Part shown: positions 41,711-55,928 of the stretch, piece by piece
How the letters are laid out: each line of letters opens with the position of its first letter
Position numbering within the stretch: position 1 is the stretch's first letter
Origin: Octopus vulgaris
Taxonomy: Eukaryota
DNA: 64,000 nt
NCBI GenBank assembly: GCA_951406725.2
Contig: OX597833.1
Span: forward strand, 72,602,001 to 72,666,000
Direction: 5' to 3'
Program-made: the position numbers and the translations under genes
Notes under the pieces: model-generated
What the model was told of the DNA's origin: nothing
The model's input: the letters and a program-made list of their open reading frames with translations, nothing else
The model's database searches: none

Positions 41711-43194
41711 AAGACAAATCTGACGTTCCGGCTTGTCTTTTAGTCCCAGAGAAAAAACAATTTAAATGTTGCTCTCTTCATTTTGAAATACCAAATACCG
41801 CTTCTCCTCGCGCCATATTAACTTACTAAAACTCACAAAATTCGTTGAGATCAATATAGACGTTAAATTTTATCATTAGCGGACATGTTCGACATCAAAC
41901 TAATTTGTTAAATGGTTACAATTGCAACCTGGAAATCCTTTCAACGCATCTCATTCATTTCCGTAGTCGACTCATAATCCGAAACCTCTTTCCCTGGGCT
42001 ACTCTGGTACAACCCTGAAATTTCCACGGCAGTCGTGAATGGCCCCTAATACCGTACTGAACATCGGGTCGTATCGGATGTTACAGTTTCAAGGTTTCCT
42101 TACCCCTAATACACAACAGACGTTATTCTCGTACATTGATATTTGTGGCAGAGACCAACTAACGACCCCTTTGAATACGGATAAATCTGTTCAAAATTTT
42201 AATAGTTTTACCTGACGGCTTAGAAAAAAACAAAATAAAAACATCTCCTGTTGCGAGAATCAGAGATACTTTCTACAAAAGAAAGAATAATAAATATATT
42301 TTTAATGGTGAATATAAAATTCATACTAACAGGAGACTCGGTTTTCATATCCACCACTGAAAATGTATTGCAGAAGCAGGAAATAGTGAAGCGATTTTCT
42401 GAGAGGTCATTTATGGGAAGGCGAAGGAAAGTTAATCACGCTGCCATTAAGTCGCAAGGTGTCGTCTCCCTTTAGAGTCGGTTGTAAAACTGCGAAATAA
42501 TTTGGGTCTTTTTTTTCTCAGTCCAATTCTGAAATTCTGTGGGAGGAAGATATGGTCGATTAAATCAATCCCAATACTTGATTGATATTTAAGGTTATCG
42601 ATCTCAAAAGGATGAAAGACCGAACGAAATACAACAGAATTTGAAATTAGAACGTAGAGATATTTAACTAAATGCAGAAGTCCTTTTATTGGTTGTGCGT
42701 CGTCAGAATCGTCAGAACCCGGACAGAATATGTTTTTTGGGGGTGTTTCATTTCGAATCCAGTCGAGGGGTTTACTCTGTCTTACATTATTTCGGAATGG
42801 ATAAAGTAAAGTAGCAATCAAGTATTGGATCGGTTTCATATTCCTCCGCATCGTCTTAGGTGTCAAAGAAATTATAACCGAAGATTCTGCACAAAGAAAT
42901 AATTATTATAAAACCAAACGAGAAAAATGGAAAGTTTTTTCTTCTTTATACTACGAAGAGTTACTCCCCTTGCATCGACTATAATTTCACAATCGAATCA
43001 ACGCAGCTGGTCCTTTCCTATAATCGATAACTGATCCGCCTTCAAATCACCCCCGCCCCCCCAAAACGCATTAGATAATGTAGTCCAGGGTTTATTATTC
43101 CGGAACGAAAAAACTCGATCATCCCCGCCACACCGAAGATAGCTACAGTTTGACTATAGGTACGTTAGATTAAGGTTGATCTGCTGCTACTACT

Positions 43195-43240
<46 letters not shown>

Positions 43241-44029
43241 GACTACTTTCTTGATTTGTGCTGAGATCTTCGTTGAAGATAATGTGCATCGCCCAGTTTC
43301 CGACCTCGTTTTTGGTCGTTTTCCAATTTCAGTTGAGAAAGGCATGACGCCACAACATCCCATTTTATACCCCTTAAAATGTAAAACCGTACTTCGATTT
43401 CCAACTTTAAGTGGGACTTCGATGAATTAATAAGTTGTCTCCCTTGTCCTTGTCTGGTGAAGTAAAGCGTCGTCTCCCTATTGACCCCCTACTCGACTCT
43501 ATTAATGATTTGTTAAAGGGTCTTCTTACTAACATCATCATTAAACAAGGATCTTGTCCTATGTAAAGAGTATTTGTCTTTTTATTCAATTGCTTCTTGC
43601 TTTTAAATTATTTATTTTGTTTTTTTTAATCCCATTTTTAAAAGATAATTTTTTTTTAAAATGTATCTAAACACATTTTCGGTCGAATTAATCTCTTCCG
43701 ATAATCCGGTGTTTTATTCGCGCATGAGTTTGCAGAACCAGGTTATTAAAGTTCTTGTAATTTTGATATAGAAATATGATTAGGACCCATGAATTGCACA
43801 CACGCATACACACACAAACACGTGTGTGTATGTGTGGGTGTGTATATATTTGTATGTATGTAAGTCTATATGTAAATGTATATGTGTATAAACGCCCGCG
43901 CAGATGCATACATACATTCACACACACACACACCGTTCACTTTTAGTTTTAGTTTTATTTCTCCTTAAACATTGTTTTATTTTATCCCACCATTTGCTTT
44001 TCATTTGCTCTGTCGTCTATTCATGCAAT

Positions 44030-44115
44030 TCCACCATTCCATCATACCGTCATTCCACCATTCCATCATACCGTCATTCCACCATTCCATCATACCGTCA
44101 TTCCGTCATTCCGTC
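44030..44115. repeat. 24-bp minisatellite, about 3 copies
   Basis: ccaccattccatcataccgtcatt repeated. Confidence 0.9.
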
Positions 44116-45375
44116 ATATTGTCATTCTTTTATCTTACACCTGCAAAACGTCCTTTTTAACTCCATTTCTCCATCAAAGTGAAAATGTTGGCCAATATTT
44201 AGAGTTTCCTGGGGATCAAGAGCAGGAAATTGGTTGTAATTTTTGAAGTTGCTGCTTCATAACGGAATAACTGATCAACTCTCTTTTACTTGGAGTTCAC
44301 GCGGCCAAGATGCCTGAGCTTCTGCAGATCTTTGAGGAGTTTAGGCCGCCGGTACGAGACTTCTGCCCCTCCTGAGCAGGACATGTTTCAACCCCACTAC
44401 ACCAAACACCACTGGTACCTATTTTCAATTGAGTCTACTGGCGCAACATGAGATAAAGTGCCTTGCTCAAAGATTGTCGAGTAGCTGATCCGAGAACCGA
44501 ACCTACGACAGAACGATCGTGAACCTTACACCCTAACCACTCGGCTACGCGTCTCAAGTGCATTCACCCAAGAATTCAAAAAGCAAAGTGACAGAACAAT
44601 TACGGTAAAAGTATTTCGCCCAACCGTGACCATCCCGCCTTTTAGCTCTGTGCAGGGAACACAGACCTACACTATTGAATGCATCTATTCCCGAGACGCA
44701 GTGTGTATGTGTGTGTGATTTGAGGACGATATGTCTGTTGTTTCTAGCGGGTCGGGCGTCTTCGTTGCGGTCGCCTTGTTTGTTCGACGATGGTCTTTAA
44801 ATAACAATGGAAGAGAGAAATACAATTCGACCTTCGAATGTCGGCTGTCTTGGTCGGTCTGATTAAATCTCTCATTGTTTACGTTCGGGTAAACAGGATC
44901 AATAGCAACATTGATCCGGAAGTCTCTAATGGTTTGTAATTTCCGGGTTTGGTCTCATCACGTGATACAATCAAGAAGTTCGATGAATGGGTGCTGATCA
45001 ATAGCGTCCGCACTTTGTTCATTCTGGTGTATGGAAGTGGATCTCGGTCGTTCGACGACGAGGATTCACTTGTTGGGTCAAGCAGGGAAAATCAACCTGA
45101 CACAGTGAATGTGACCAGACCGCGTTTTTCGTGTTACAGTTATAATGCACCATCCACCGGGCTTCCAACAGTTTCCAGCTATCCAGTATTATTGTCAAAG
45201 TTTGAGTCGAACCAAGACTATAGAAAAAGAAACTTCTTCAAGATGAAGTGCAGTGGGACTGAACCCTGCATCTCCTGGTTGCCAAGCGAACTTCTGAACT
45301 ATTTCGCCGCCACACAGCACGTGCATACATGTGACTCTTCATATACATACATACATACATACATACATACATACA

Positions 45376-45480
<105 letters not shown>

Positions 45481-45545
45481 TGGACTCCTCATCGCGAACG
45501 ACAAAGATTTAGTAATTGAAAGCGGCGGTAATTTTATATATATAT

Positions 45546-45591
<46 letters not shown>

Positions 45592-46048
45592 AAACAGTGG
45601 ATCTGGAAGCAGATAAGACTAGAAGTACTAGTGTGTAAATACTGGGTTAAAACAATCGTTTTCGAAAGAAAAAGTCGAAATCTGCCGCTGGAACACACTG
45701 TTACATCTCTTGGTAGACATGACAGACGTTCTACCATTGGAGCAAAGCAATTCTTCGGATTTCTCTCTCCATTTCAGAAACTTTATTTTCATCTGTGAAA
45801 AGTTTACGCTGCTGACGTCATAAAAATGTTTTAAATTTCGAGCGACTGTGAAACAATTCTTTTTTGTTGGGTGTCGGGAAGATTTACTATGAATCTCGAA
45901 GCAGATAAACCCAATATTTGCACGCTATCATTTATAGCTTTATCTGTTTCGAGAAGAACCGTTCCAAAAAAGGACTAGTTTATGGTCTCTCAGAGTTTAT
46001 ACATTCTTATAGCGCGAGCGGTATATGTACATGCACATTTGTAAATTA

Positions 46049-46557
46049 CGTAAATCCTCGAGTATAATCCGCATTTTTCCCCCAAAATTTAAAGGTCAAA
46101 ATCCTTAGTGCGTATTATATACGAGGTTAAAAATGAAAAAAATATTTTCTAAGCAATGTCCGAGTGTCTATATTTGCTGTCCAGCAATGTTTATTCAGAC
46201 GCATTTTGTGATGTCGGGCGCGAAAATACCTTAAGCTAAGCCTGAAAGCAATGAAGTCATAAAAGGATCATCCATAACTCGCAGTAAGCAACATTTATTA
46301 AACGTTATTACTGTTATTTCTTTATTTTCTGCAAGCAAAATGCACAAAAATGCTACACGTTTGCATCATGTTATATATACAATAATAATAAAGGACGTTA
46401 GCGTATACATTTTTACAAACCAAGGATGTTATATAGACCTCCTCGACTCAAGTTAGTGAAGGGGTGCGTATTATACACAAGGTTTTGCAAAGGTACAACC
46501 CCCTAAAAATCCCCTGGATATTATACTCAAGGGGGGACTATACTCGAGGGTTTACGG
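46049..46557. mobile_element. pogo/Tigger-like MITE
   Basis: TA-cgtaaatcctcgagtataatcc...ggactatactcgagggtttacgg-TA, with subterminal gtgcgtattata repeats. Confidence 0.8.
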
Positions 46558-47464
46558 TACATACATACATAAACGCACACACACATACATGCATTTAGAT
46601 ATTTGATAGGTAGGCTTATACCTGCCAATTAACAAATGATTCCAACATAATTATATATAATCAAAAGTACAAGTGACCTTCCTGTTTGCCTTTTAATGTT
46701 GAGGTTCTGAACTCTAAATCCCCCCCCCCATTTTAATCCAATGAAACTTTTTCCTATCAAATGGAATAACAAATATGTTCTATGTATTCTATTTTCCCGG
46801 TCAGTTATGATTATATAACGACTGCAGCTATTTATGTAATCGGCATTACGCAAGACGCCTGACGGAATCGTCGCCATCATTCGTTTCTATGTGTGTGATG
46901 TTTGATTCGTCACTCGCACGTCGTTGAAACACCCCTCAACCACAGAATAATAAATGTTAGGTCATGTATTCCATTCTTCTCTGATGTGTATACATATAAC
47001 ACACACACACACACACACAGAGAGAGGAAATATAGTGGTGTTGATAACCGATATAAACAACATGGCTGAAGGGAAACTACGTCAGGGTAGTGTTCTGTAG
47101 ATGGTGGTGGTGGTAATGATAAGGGTTTGGAATTAATAAAGAGAGCCTCACAAATATAATCTCCAATCGTCCACGTAATTATTAGAAAAAAATTTCCTCC
47201 GTTGTGCATTTAAAAGTTAAAAAACGAGATTTTGCTGAAAAGAAACAGAATGTCAAGGGCGACAACTGAGCCTCGACAAGAAACACGTATCAAACATTTT
47301 ACTGAAAGGAATTGAGGCAACTGGTTCTGAACTAATTAATTAATTAATGAAAATTAGGTTGGAGTGGGGGGGATATGAGTATTTTAGAATTAAGAAATTA
47401 ATTACTTTGCGTTCAAAAATATTTGGACAATTTATTCGGAGTTAAATAACGCCAGAAGTGTGTG

Positions 47465-47593
<129 letters not shown>

Positions 47594-47829
47594 GATTGGA
47601 TTGCTTTTCAGGCAACTTAATTACAACAAAAACTAATTGCAAATTTAATTATCTTGGTTGTTGTTGATGTTGTTTAGCCTGCACGTCCGTCCCTACGATT
47701 AAAAGCGCTGCAACCATGACCATTCCATCTATTATTTTTTACAGATAATGTATCTAAGAATATATTATTCAATGTGTCGAGAGATCGCAGGGAAGTTCCT
47801 AGGCTTATTATTAGAAAGACGATTAAAAA

Positions 47830-48850
47830 TTATGACTTCTCACATGAACATTCAGAATAAATTTTATCACCCAATAGGTTCCATGTTTTAAGTGAAGATT
47901 TCGAGAAAAGCCCCAAAAGTGGTCGGGAATCTAATGAGAATAAGATTCTGGAATAAGATTGTCCAAGAAAATCCATCACTCTAGAGAATAAATCGGTCAT
48001 AAATTTATCTAAACTAAAACTTTCGTCCGACGATGTCTTTCTTGGAGATTGGGCTAATTTCGACATGAATAAACTAATTCAAGGGCTATTCAATTTTATG
48101 ACAGAATTCCTTGAGTGATCAACTGGCACCGAAATTTCGCTGGCATTTCAAAAGTGTTACATGAAAGTTACCAGCATGTTGTGGAAAAATATACTCGTTT
48201 CAAACATATTTTCTCAGCCGCCCATTGCAGCCTTTAGACGGAATAGAAATATAAGAGAACTGTTGACCTCTATTTCTGACTCCAGGAAAACTAACATTGG
48301 AGTATCTGCACGCTGTACCTTGAAAGACAGCCGCAACAGAGAAGTAAGCCTTGTTCATTGGGCAACAACATGAGTCAGGTGAATTCCATCAGGAATCATA
48401 TCAGAAATGTTATGATTAACACAGAAGGTGGAACATGTAGAGATTCCCATTTGGTGTACGCGGCAGAATGTACGAAACACAACATGGTTTATGTTGGTTG
48501 TACAACAGAACAATAAAAAAAAAAGGTTTAATGAGCACAATAACAGTAATTCGACAGGACTTGCCGAACATTTTGTTTCAAACGGCTGCAATTTTGAAAA
48601 AGACTTGAAAGTGTATATTCTCAGAAAATATTCTGAATCTGCTACACTTTCAATACTCAAAATGTATATTTGCTCTCCTGTCGGCTCTTGTTTCTAATTC
48701 ATATTAGTTTATGTCTCAAAACCGTAACTTCTTCCAACTAGGATCTGTCTGTTACATACTCAGTACCTGTCCTTCTCTTAGGGACATTAAACCTTCTGGA
48801 TGATCCTGTATAGAAATATTAATGGAGACCACAGACATTTGCCGAGTTAA
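47830..48850 (+). mobile_element. Penelope-like element remnant (thumb/linker plus GIY-YIG endonuclease)
   Basis: IFSQPPIAAFRRNRNIRELL and YVGCT...KKRFNEH...LAEHF...KVYIL fragments, heavily disrupted. Confidence 0.65.
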
Positions 48851-49304
48851 CATGAGCAGACGACCATACATTTATCTACGCATGCGCACAGCCACTATTT
48901 AGCTGCAGATATTTTTGAAGTCGAAATATTTTTACTTGATTTATTTTTGATTATTAACCGATATAAAATTTATTGATTTCTTCTGAATGAGCGTAGAGCA
49001 AAGCAGGTTTATTACGTTTTTGGAGGATCGAAGGATAGCGTATTGAATATCGATCTCTGAGGAACGAATGCTAAATTGATCCTTGCTAAGATTTGAACAT
49101 TTCTTGTAGACCAGACATTTTTATAGGAGAGAGAGAGAGAGAGAGAGAGAGGAGGAGGAGGGGGAGGAGAGAAAGAAAAGAATGGAGAAGGGCGAAGAGG
49201 GAAAAAGAAATAGAGATAGTAAGAGAGAGAAAGAGAGACAGAGAGAAAGGAGGGAGAAACGGAAACAGATATAATGAAAAGTAGAGAAGGATAGATAGAT
49301 CAAT

Positions 49305-49351
<47 letters not shown>

Positions 49352-49528
49352 GAATGAGGAAGAGAAACAAGGGGAGAAAAGGGAAGGGAGTGGAGAGAGG
49401 AGGAAAAAGAGGAACAGAGAGATAGCGAGAGAAAGATGGTGAAGGAGCGACAGAGACAAAGGAGGGAGGAAAAGAAACAGATATAACGGGAGAAAGAGAT
49501 AGATAGACAGATAGATAGATAGATATAT

Positions 49529-49590
<62 letters not shown>

Positions 49591-49896
49591 ATGGCAGGCA
49601 TTTTGTTCGTTGCTAGGATCTGAAACCGTATGGTTGGGAGGCTAACTTCGTACCACACAGCCATGCCTGCGCCTAAATATAGCCCCTCCCCCCACCAAAA
49701 GGAATTAAAAAATCCAGAAAAATTGTAAAGAAATGTGTCACCAATGTTGTTGCTGCTGCTGATGATGTTTTTTGGCTGTCGGCAGTGACATGGGCAGCCA
49801 GAGCACGAATAATGTTGTGTTTAGGGCAGCTGTTCCTTTGGTTGAACAGACCTACGGCCACTCTTGTCTTTTTAGGGACTTTCGTCTTTTTAGGAA

Positions 49897-50330
49897 TCTG
49901 TGATGATCTGGGGTGGGGGAGGCTATATCATGGAAACCCGCAAGCCCAATGGTTTCCCTTCATGGCAGAATTAATAGTCAAGACTAAGCATTTTATCTGA
50001 TCAAATTCATCCTATGGTTGCGGAACTGTTTCCGGAGGGAAACGCAATCTTTCAGGATGATAATGCACCAATTCACACAGCTAAAGTTGTTACTGAATGG
50101 CATGAGGAACATTCTAGTGAAGTTGAACATCTTATCTGGCCAGCACAGTCCCCAGGTCTCAATATTATTGAACATTTAAGGTGCATTTTAGAAAAACAAG
50201 TAAGGAGTCCATATCGTCCACCATCATCACTACAAGAACTGGAGACTGTTTTAGCTGAAGAATGGACAAAACATTCCTTTGGAAACAATTCAAACTTCGT
50301 ACGAGTCCATACCTCGTAGAATTCAAGTTG
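49897..50330 (+). mobile_element. Partial Tc1 copy (DDE C-terminal region)
   Basis: IFQDDNAPIHTAKVVTEW...WPAQSPGLNIIEHL; closely matches about 52035-52475. Confidence 0.9.
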
Positions 50331-50825
50331 TCCAGCGAGTCATTCGCGTTTTCGTGGCGATCGAGTCACCTGGCCTGAGGGTTATTTAGCATCGATTTCG
50401 AGCAGGTGGAGCGCTCACGTACAAACACCCTAGTTGGCTCGAAGCCACTCGAGTCTCTTGGCAACGAAAAGAATATCTCCACGAAAGATAGCAAACCATA
50501 TCAAATAGATATTCTTATGTGCTGCAGTATTTTTGGTGAGTTATTTCTGGTTAAACAAACTGATGGTGTTTATACAGTGAGGACAGCGATGGAGGAGGTG
50601 GCGTGGGTGAGGAACTGTGTCACGGCATTAGGAAGAGGAGGTCAGAAATGGAATGGGAATGATCGTGGGGATTCACTAACAACAAAAAAAGATAAATAAA
50701 CAAAATACAGAATCCCGGCAGCATTAAGAGGGACTCAAAGATATTTTAATGTCAAAAGATTCGTCATAGATGTGAATGAGTGCAGGGCGAGAGTACATCG
50801 CTCTATGATACATTGCATCAATGCA

Positions 50826-50915
<90 letters not shown>

Positions 50916-51196
50916 AAGGTAGCTCGGTGGGATAAAGGTCTGTCCTCTTCACCAATGGTATGTTGGCAATTTTGGAGAATTCTTGGATTCCTAGTCCTTG
51001 AGATTATTCATTTGCCCTTCTCAAGTGGTGGTGGTTTTCATTGCTATTTGGTGATTATGACACATCATTTAGAGGAGGTGATAGTTTTAAGAAATCGAGA
51101 ATTTATGTTGTATAGTATTTGATAGACCTGTATCTGTCTATGTTATTTAAAAGCATGTCACTGACCTTTCTGAATTATTTCTCTGACTTCTCTCCT

Positions 51197-51240
<44 letters not shown>

Positions 51241-51308
51241 TACACACACACAATTACATAAACATATTCATACACATATATATGTATGTATATGTATATG
51301 TGTATATA

Positions 51309-52562
51309 CAGTGGGTGGACAAAATAATGGAAACACTTAGCATCATAATTTTGAAATATCTATAAAACCGTCAAAAGCTTGTTTATTTTTTATGTTTTTT
51401 GATTTATTATTAGCGTTGCTTAATATGTTTTGCCAAAATTGCTGTTTCTTTTCAGATATCATCAGAAATAAATAATTCAAGTTCATTAAAATGACAGATC
51501 TATCAGACTTTCAAAGTTGTCAAATTGTTGGTGCTCGTATGGCAGGTGCTAGCATAACGAAAACAGCTGAAATGTTTGGTGTATCCCGAAGTACTGTCTC
51601 GAAAGTAATGACAGCCTTTGAGAAAGAGGGAAAAACCTCCTCAACAAAACAAAACTTCGGAAGAAAATCAAAACTTTCAGATAGGGACCGTCAGACTCTT
51701 ATGCGAATTGTTAGAAAGGATCACAAAAGTACAGCTCCCAAAATTCTGCAGAGCCTAACGACCATCTCGAGAACCCAGTTTCCACAAAAACTGTTTGCCA
51801 GGAGCTGCACAAAGCCAGATTACATGGAAGGGCTGCAATCAGAAACCACTACTTTCAAAAACAAACGTTGCAAAACGTTTAGAAAGGAGTAAAAACCTAC
51901 AGAATTGGTCCCTAGAGCAGTAGAAGAATGTTATTTTCTCAGACGAGTCATCCTTTACTGGTTGAGTATACGTGTGGAGACAGCCAAAAGAGGCATTTGA
52001 CCCAGACTGCCTTCTTCCAACTGTTAAACATGTAGGAGGATCTGTGATGATCTGGCGGGGATATATCTTGGAAATCCGCCAGCCCAATGGTTTCCCTTGA
52101 TGGCAGAGAATTAATAGTCAATACTATTTAAGCATTTTATCTGATCAAATTCATCCTATGGTTGCGGAACTGTTTCCGGAGGGAAATGCAATCTTTCAGG
52201 ATGATAATGCACCAATTCGCACAGCTAAAGTTGTTATTGAATGGCACGAGGAAGCATTCTAGTGAAGTTGAACATCTTATCTGGCCACCACAGTCCCCAG
52301 ATCTCAATATTACTGAACATTTAAGGTGCATATTAGAAAAACAAATAAGGAGTCAATATCCTCCACCGTCATCACTACAAGGACTGGAGACTGTTTTAGC
52401 TGAAGAATGGACAAAACATTCCTTTGGAAACAATTCAAACTTTGTACGAGTCCATACCTCGTAGAATTCAAGCTGTAAATACTGCCAAAGGCAGTCCTAC
52501 TCCATATTAAAATAAATTTGTTTGAAATTTTAAGGTGTTTCCGTTATTTTGTCCAACCCCTG
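51309..52562 (+). mobile_element. Full-length Tc1 (DD34E) transposon with frameshifted transposase
   Basis: TA-cagtgggtggacaaaataatggaaacac...gtgtttccgttattttgtccaacccctg-TA; ORF from 51491 with HTH, FSDES, FQDDNAP and WPPQSPDLNITE split across frames. Confidence 0.95.
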
Positions 52563-53134
52563 TATATACATATTGCACTCTCTGGTCGCATCGACAAACG
52601 CGAGTTGAGCAGGTCGCAGCTTCAAAATGTTCTCCGTTCTATGTTCTATGTGTGGCCTCGCAGATGTTGCTGTTGTGGTCCCCATGGTTTTAGGGGCTAA
52701 TCTAGAATCTACTCTCGGCTCTTGTCTCCCCCAGGGCATTGATTCTGGTTGCCTCAGAGAATATTAACGAAGTATATAGTTATAATAACCATTCAGACTT
52801 TCCTGTTTTTCCATGCTTGGATTGGTCAGATGAGAATCTTGGCGCCAAACCCCACCCCGGGTACGAAGCGAGGTTATAACTTAGCTGTCGATCGAACAGC
52901 AAACAACATGGACATGGTTACCGGGATACAAGATCATTCTTGGATAATTCCTGCAACAATCTGTTTTTCCATCAGATGAAGCTGTTGTTTCCACATTCAA
53001 GTATTTTGTGTTTCTGGAGAAAGTCACGTGGTGAGTGGTTCACCATGATTTCAGGATTCAATGCAGACAATTCAGAGATCGATAGATAGACAGGCAGAAC
53101 AGATCAATCGATCGATCGATAGATAGATAGATAG

Positions 53135-53269
<135 letters not shown>

Positions 53270-53460
53270 GAGAGAAGAGAGAATTGGCTCCAGGAGTTTG
53301 AGTGGTACTTTATTTATCGACCCCGGAGGGAGTGAAGGTATAAGAACGGAGAGCACCCAGGTCCGGAATAAATTACTGTAAGATAGTTTCTGCTTTAACA
53401 ATCCTGAAAATGCAATTTGTAGTGAAACAACAAATATTTGTATAAATTGCATATTTTGTT

Positions 53461-53466
53461 TTTATT
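53461..53466 (-). promoter_or_regulatory. Possible polyadenylation signal (AATAAA) of the VWA gene
   Basis: tttatt on the plus strand about 410 nt downstream of the stop. The AT-rich context makes a chance occurrence likely. Confidence 0.3.
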
Positions 53467-53505
53467 TCAGACAAAAGATTGATAATGATAATGATGATGA
53501 TGGTG

Positions 53506-53608
<103 letters not shown>

Positions 53609-53875
53609 TAATAATAATAATAACAATAATAATAATGGATATCAAAAAGAGAGATAATAGAGATTCTACAAAAGTAAATGTAAAAAATAACAATTATTAC
53701 TAATGAATATTATTATAACGCAAATAATCAATGCTGTTACTATGAGATATAAAAAGAGCAACACTTAAAATGCGGAAAAGTAGGAAATCAGTTGAGCAAG
53801 GTTTGTCGCCCTGGCTAATATTTTCATGTCTCTGTACAAGTTTGGAGACTGATTCGAAAGCCGAAATCTACCTTT

Positions 53876-54468
53876 TTATGCGCTTCCAGATGAGACGCAT
53901 GTTTTTGATGCCATGTCAAAAACCTTGTTGGGAGGACAGAACTGCACCCATGGATTAGCGTTGTCATCGCAGTGGATGTATCGATGAGAATTATGCGGAT
54001 AAGGATAATAAACTATTCCTTTGGCAATTTCCTTGGGACGGCATGGGTTTAGTAAAGAGCTTGGTGTCGTCTTTACGTTGGAGACACAGCGCGAAGCAGA
54101 TGTCATCCATTCTGTTTTTGGTGGACAAGGTACGACCCAGGCACGGCCCCACACATCACACTCAACGAAGAAAAGCTTGTTGGCAGGATAAGGGAAGAAC
54201 CAAAGGTTTTGCCTGATGTTGTCGTAAGTGCAAAGATTGGAATGTTTTGGCGACATGATTTTCTTCGGGTTGGTAACATGGTCGAAACCGCAGTTCTGCC
54301 TGATTGGATGATAATGAAGGCCAGGTGGACAGGTAATTACGTAAACTCTTCCCTTTAAGTCACACTTGAGATATTTGGTGTTGTCATGGGGGTAAGGAAA
54401 TATCATTTCCTTGTTTCTTAGCTTGTCTGGGGTACAAGGGTTGCTGCTTCCAACTATGACGTCTGTCG
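53876..54468 (-). CDS. Terminal exon with three chitin-binding type-2 (peritrophin-A)-like repeats
   Basis: tttcag|CG, open to TAA at 53876. Three repeats of N[PL]C-x11-12-PYP-x8-CD-x9-CPP-x10-C with aromatic residues. Confidence 0.9.
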
Positions 54469-55108
54469 CTGAAATTAGACAAATTGTAAAGTATGAGAAG
54501 TCATTTGTGGAATTATCGACGAGTTTCGCGACATTCCCTCACTTGTCCACGACCATCACCACAGAAGCTAAACCAGTAACGTCTGCCTAGAATCGCCCAC
54601 TTTTATTATCAGCTTTGTCTCTACCCATGACTCTCTCGTACATCATTTCCTTTATTCAAAAATATTCCTTTGTATCTCCCACTCGCCGTTTCCATCCCAA
54701 ACATCCCGCCATTTCCTAAGCAACATTAGACAAATGTTAATAACAGACGACTATCAACTGTTCAATGCGCCATAAATTCATTAAATGGGGACAGATTTTT
54801 TGAAAAAGTCCGAAGCCCACAGAGAGATAGTGGCCGCCCACATATTATCAGCCTTGCTTTAGACCTCAGTCAGATCCGTTTTAGAGACATTATGTTAAAA
54901 CAACCTCTTGGGTAACTTGAAGACTGCAGCAGCCCTGCCTGTCGTTTCTGCTTTTCAGGGTCTAGAATGTCGTATCACATTATCTAACATAACCGTTTCT
55001 TTTATTTTCTTAAAGCCGATATACTTTGAGGCAGATTTGGCTATCATTTTGCTATAAGCTAGACGCTCCTCCGGAGGCTCGTCTTGGTTTAAAAAATTCA
55101 TTACTTAC

Positions 55109-55201
55109 GTGGACAGAGTTTATCTGACCATTTGCTCGTAATTATATCCACAACGGTACAGTTTCGAATCACGCCGTTTTCAATGCAGACGACTTCGGCA
55201 A
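55109..55201 (-). CDS. Short Cys-containing exon
   Basis: tctttgcag|TT...CAC|gtaagt, 93 nt, phase 1-1, VAEVVCIENGVIRNCTVVDIITSKWSDKLCP. Confidence 0.85.
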
Positions 55202-55222
55202 CTGCAAAGAAAAGAGTGATAA

Positions 55223-55296
<74 letters not shown>

Positions 55297-55384
55297 TAAC
55301 AATAATAACAATAATAATAATAACAATAACAATAACAATAATAATAATCATAACAATAACAATAATAACAATAATAATAATAAC

Positions 55385-55423
<39 letters not shown>

Positions 55424-55425
<2 letters not shown>

Positions 55426-55610
55426 CATCGAAAAATACCTTAGGGATGAAAACCCTGGTTCGAAATTTCCCCAAGACACCTGATGAAAGCTGGAGGTATA
55501 TCAGCCGAAATGTTGTGTTAACAACAAACAAGATGAGGACAAATATCCGTCAAATGTAAATAATGTAAATAGTGTAAATAATTCCTCATCTCTTAAATAT
55601 AGAATTGTAT
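55424..55610 (+). mobile_element. Short Penelope-like/retrozyme-like repeat at an (AAT)n tract, intronic
   Basis: Non-coding unit abutting (AAT)n and carrying a hammerhead core. Confidence 0.5.
55475..55519 (+). ncRNA. Minimal type-I hammerhead ribozyme motif
   Basis: gacac-CTGATGA-aagctg-loop-cagcc-GAAA-TGTT-gtgtt; stem I gacac/gtgtt; stem III ATGT is probably CpG-decayed ACGT. Confidence 0.6.
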
Positions 55611-55684
55611 TATCTTTTTTGTTTTTTGAAAAAAAAGTTGAGTCATTTGTATTCGTCAAAATAAAGCCTGGAAAATTCGTTTAC

Positions 55685-55928
55685 CTTTCGGTTCTCCTTT
55701 ATGGAACTTCACATGGAAATTGCTTTCGTTGAAACAAAATTGTTGTGAGGTGTTCACTTTGCTCGCTTCGAACGTCAGGTAGAGGGGTCGACCGTTTTTG
55801 TCGGCCTTTACGAAAAGCACCATGGGCCGGCCATCAGCAGCAGTTCCTGTAATCTCGAACACTGATTCGCTTGGGTTCGAATCGTTATACGACCCGAAAA
55901 TTCTGACCACTGAACAATTAGTTTCAAC
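55685..55928 (-). CDS. Beta-rich domain exon
   Basis: T-rich tract then aacaag|GTT; 244 nt VETNCSVVRIFGSYNDSNPSESVFEITGTAADGRPMVLFVKADKNGRPLYLTFEASK...GEPK; donor AAG|gtaaac. The exact acceptor is less certain. Confidence 0.8.
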
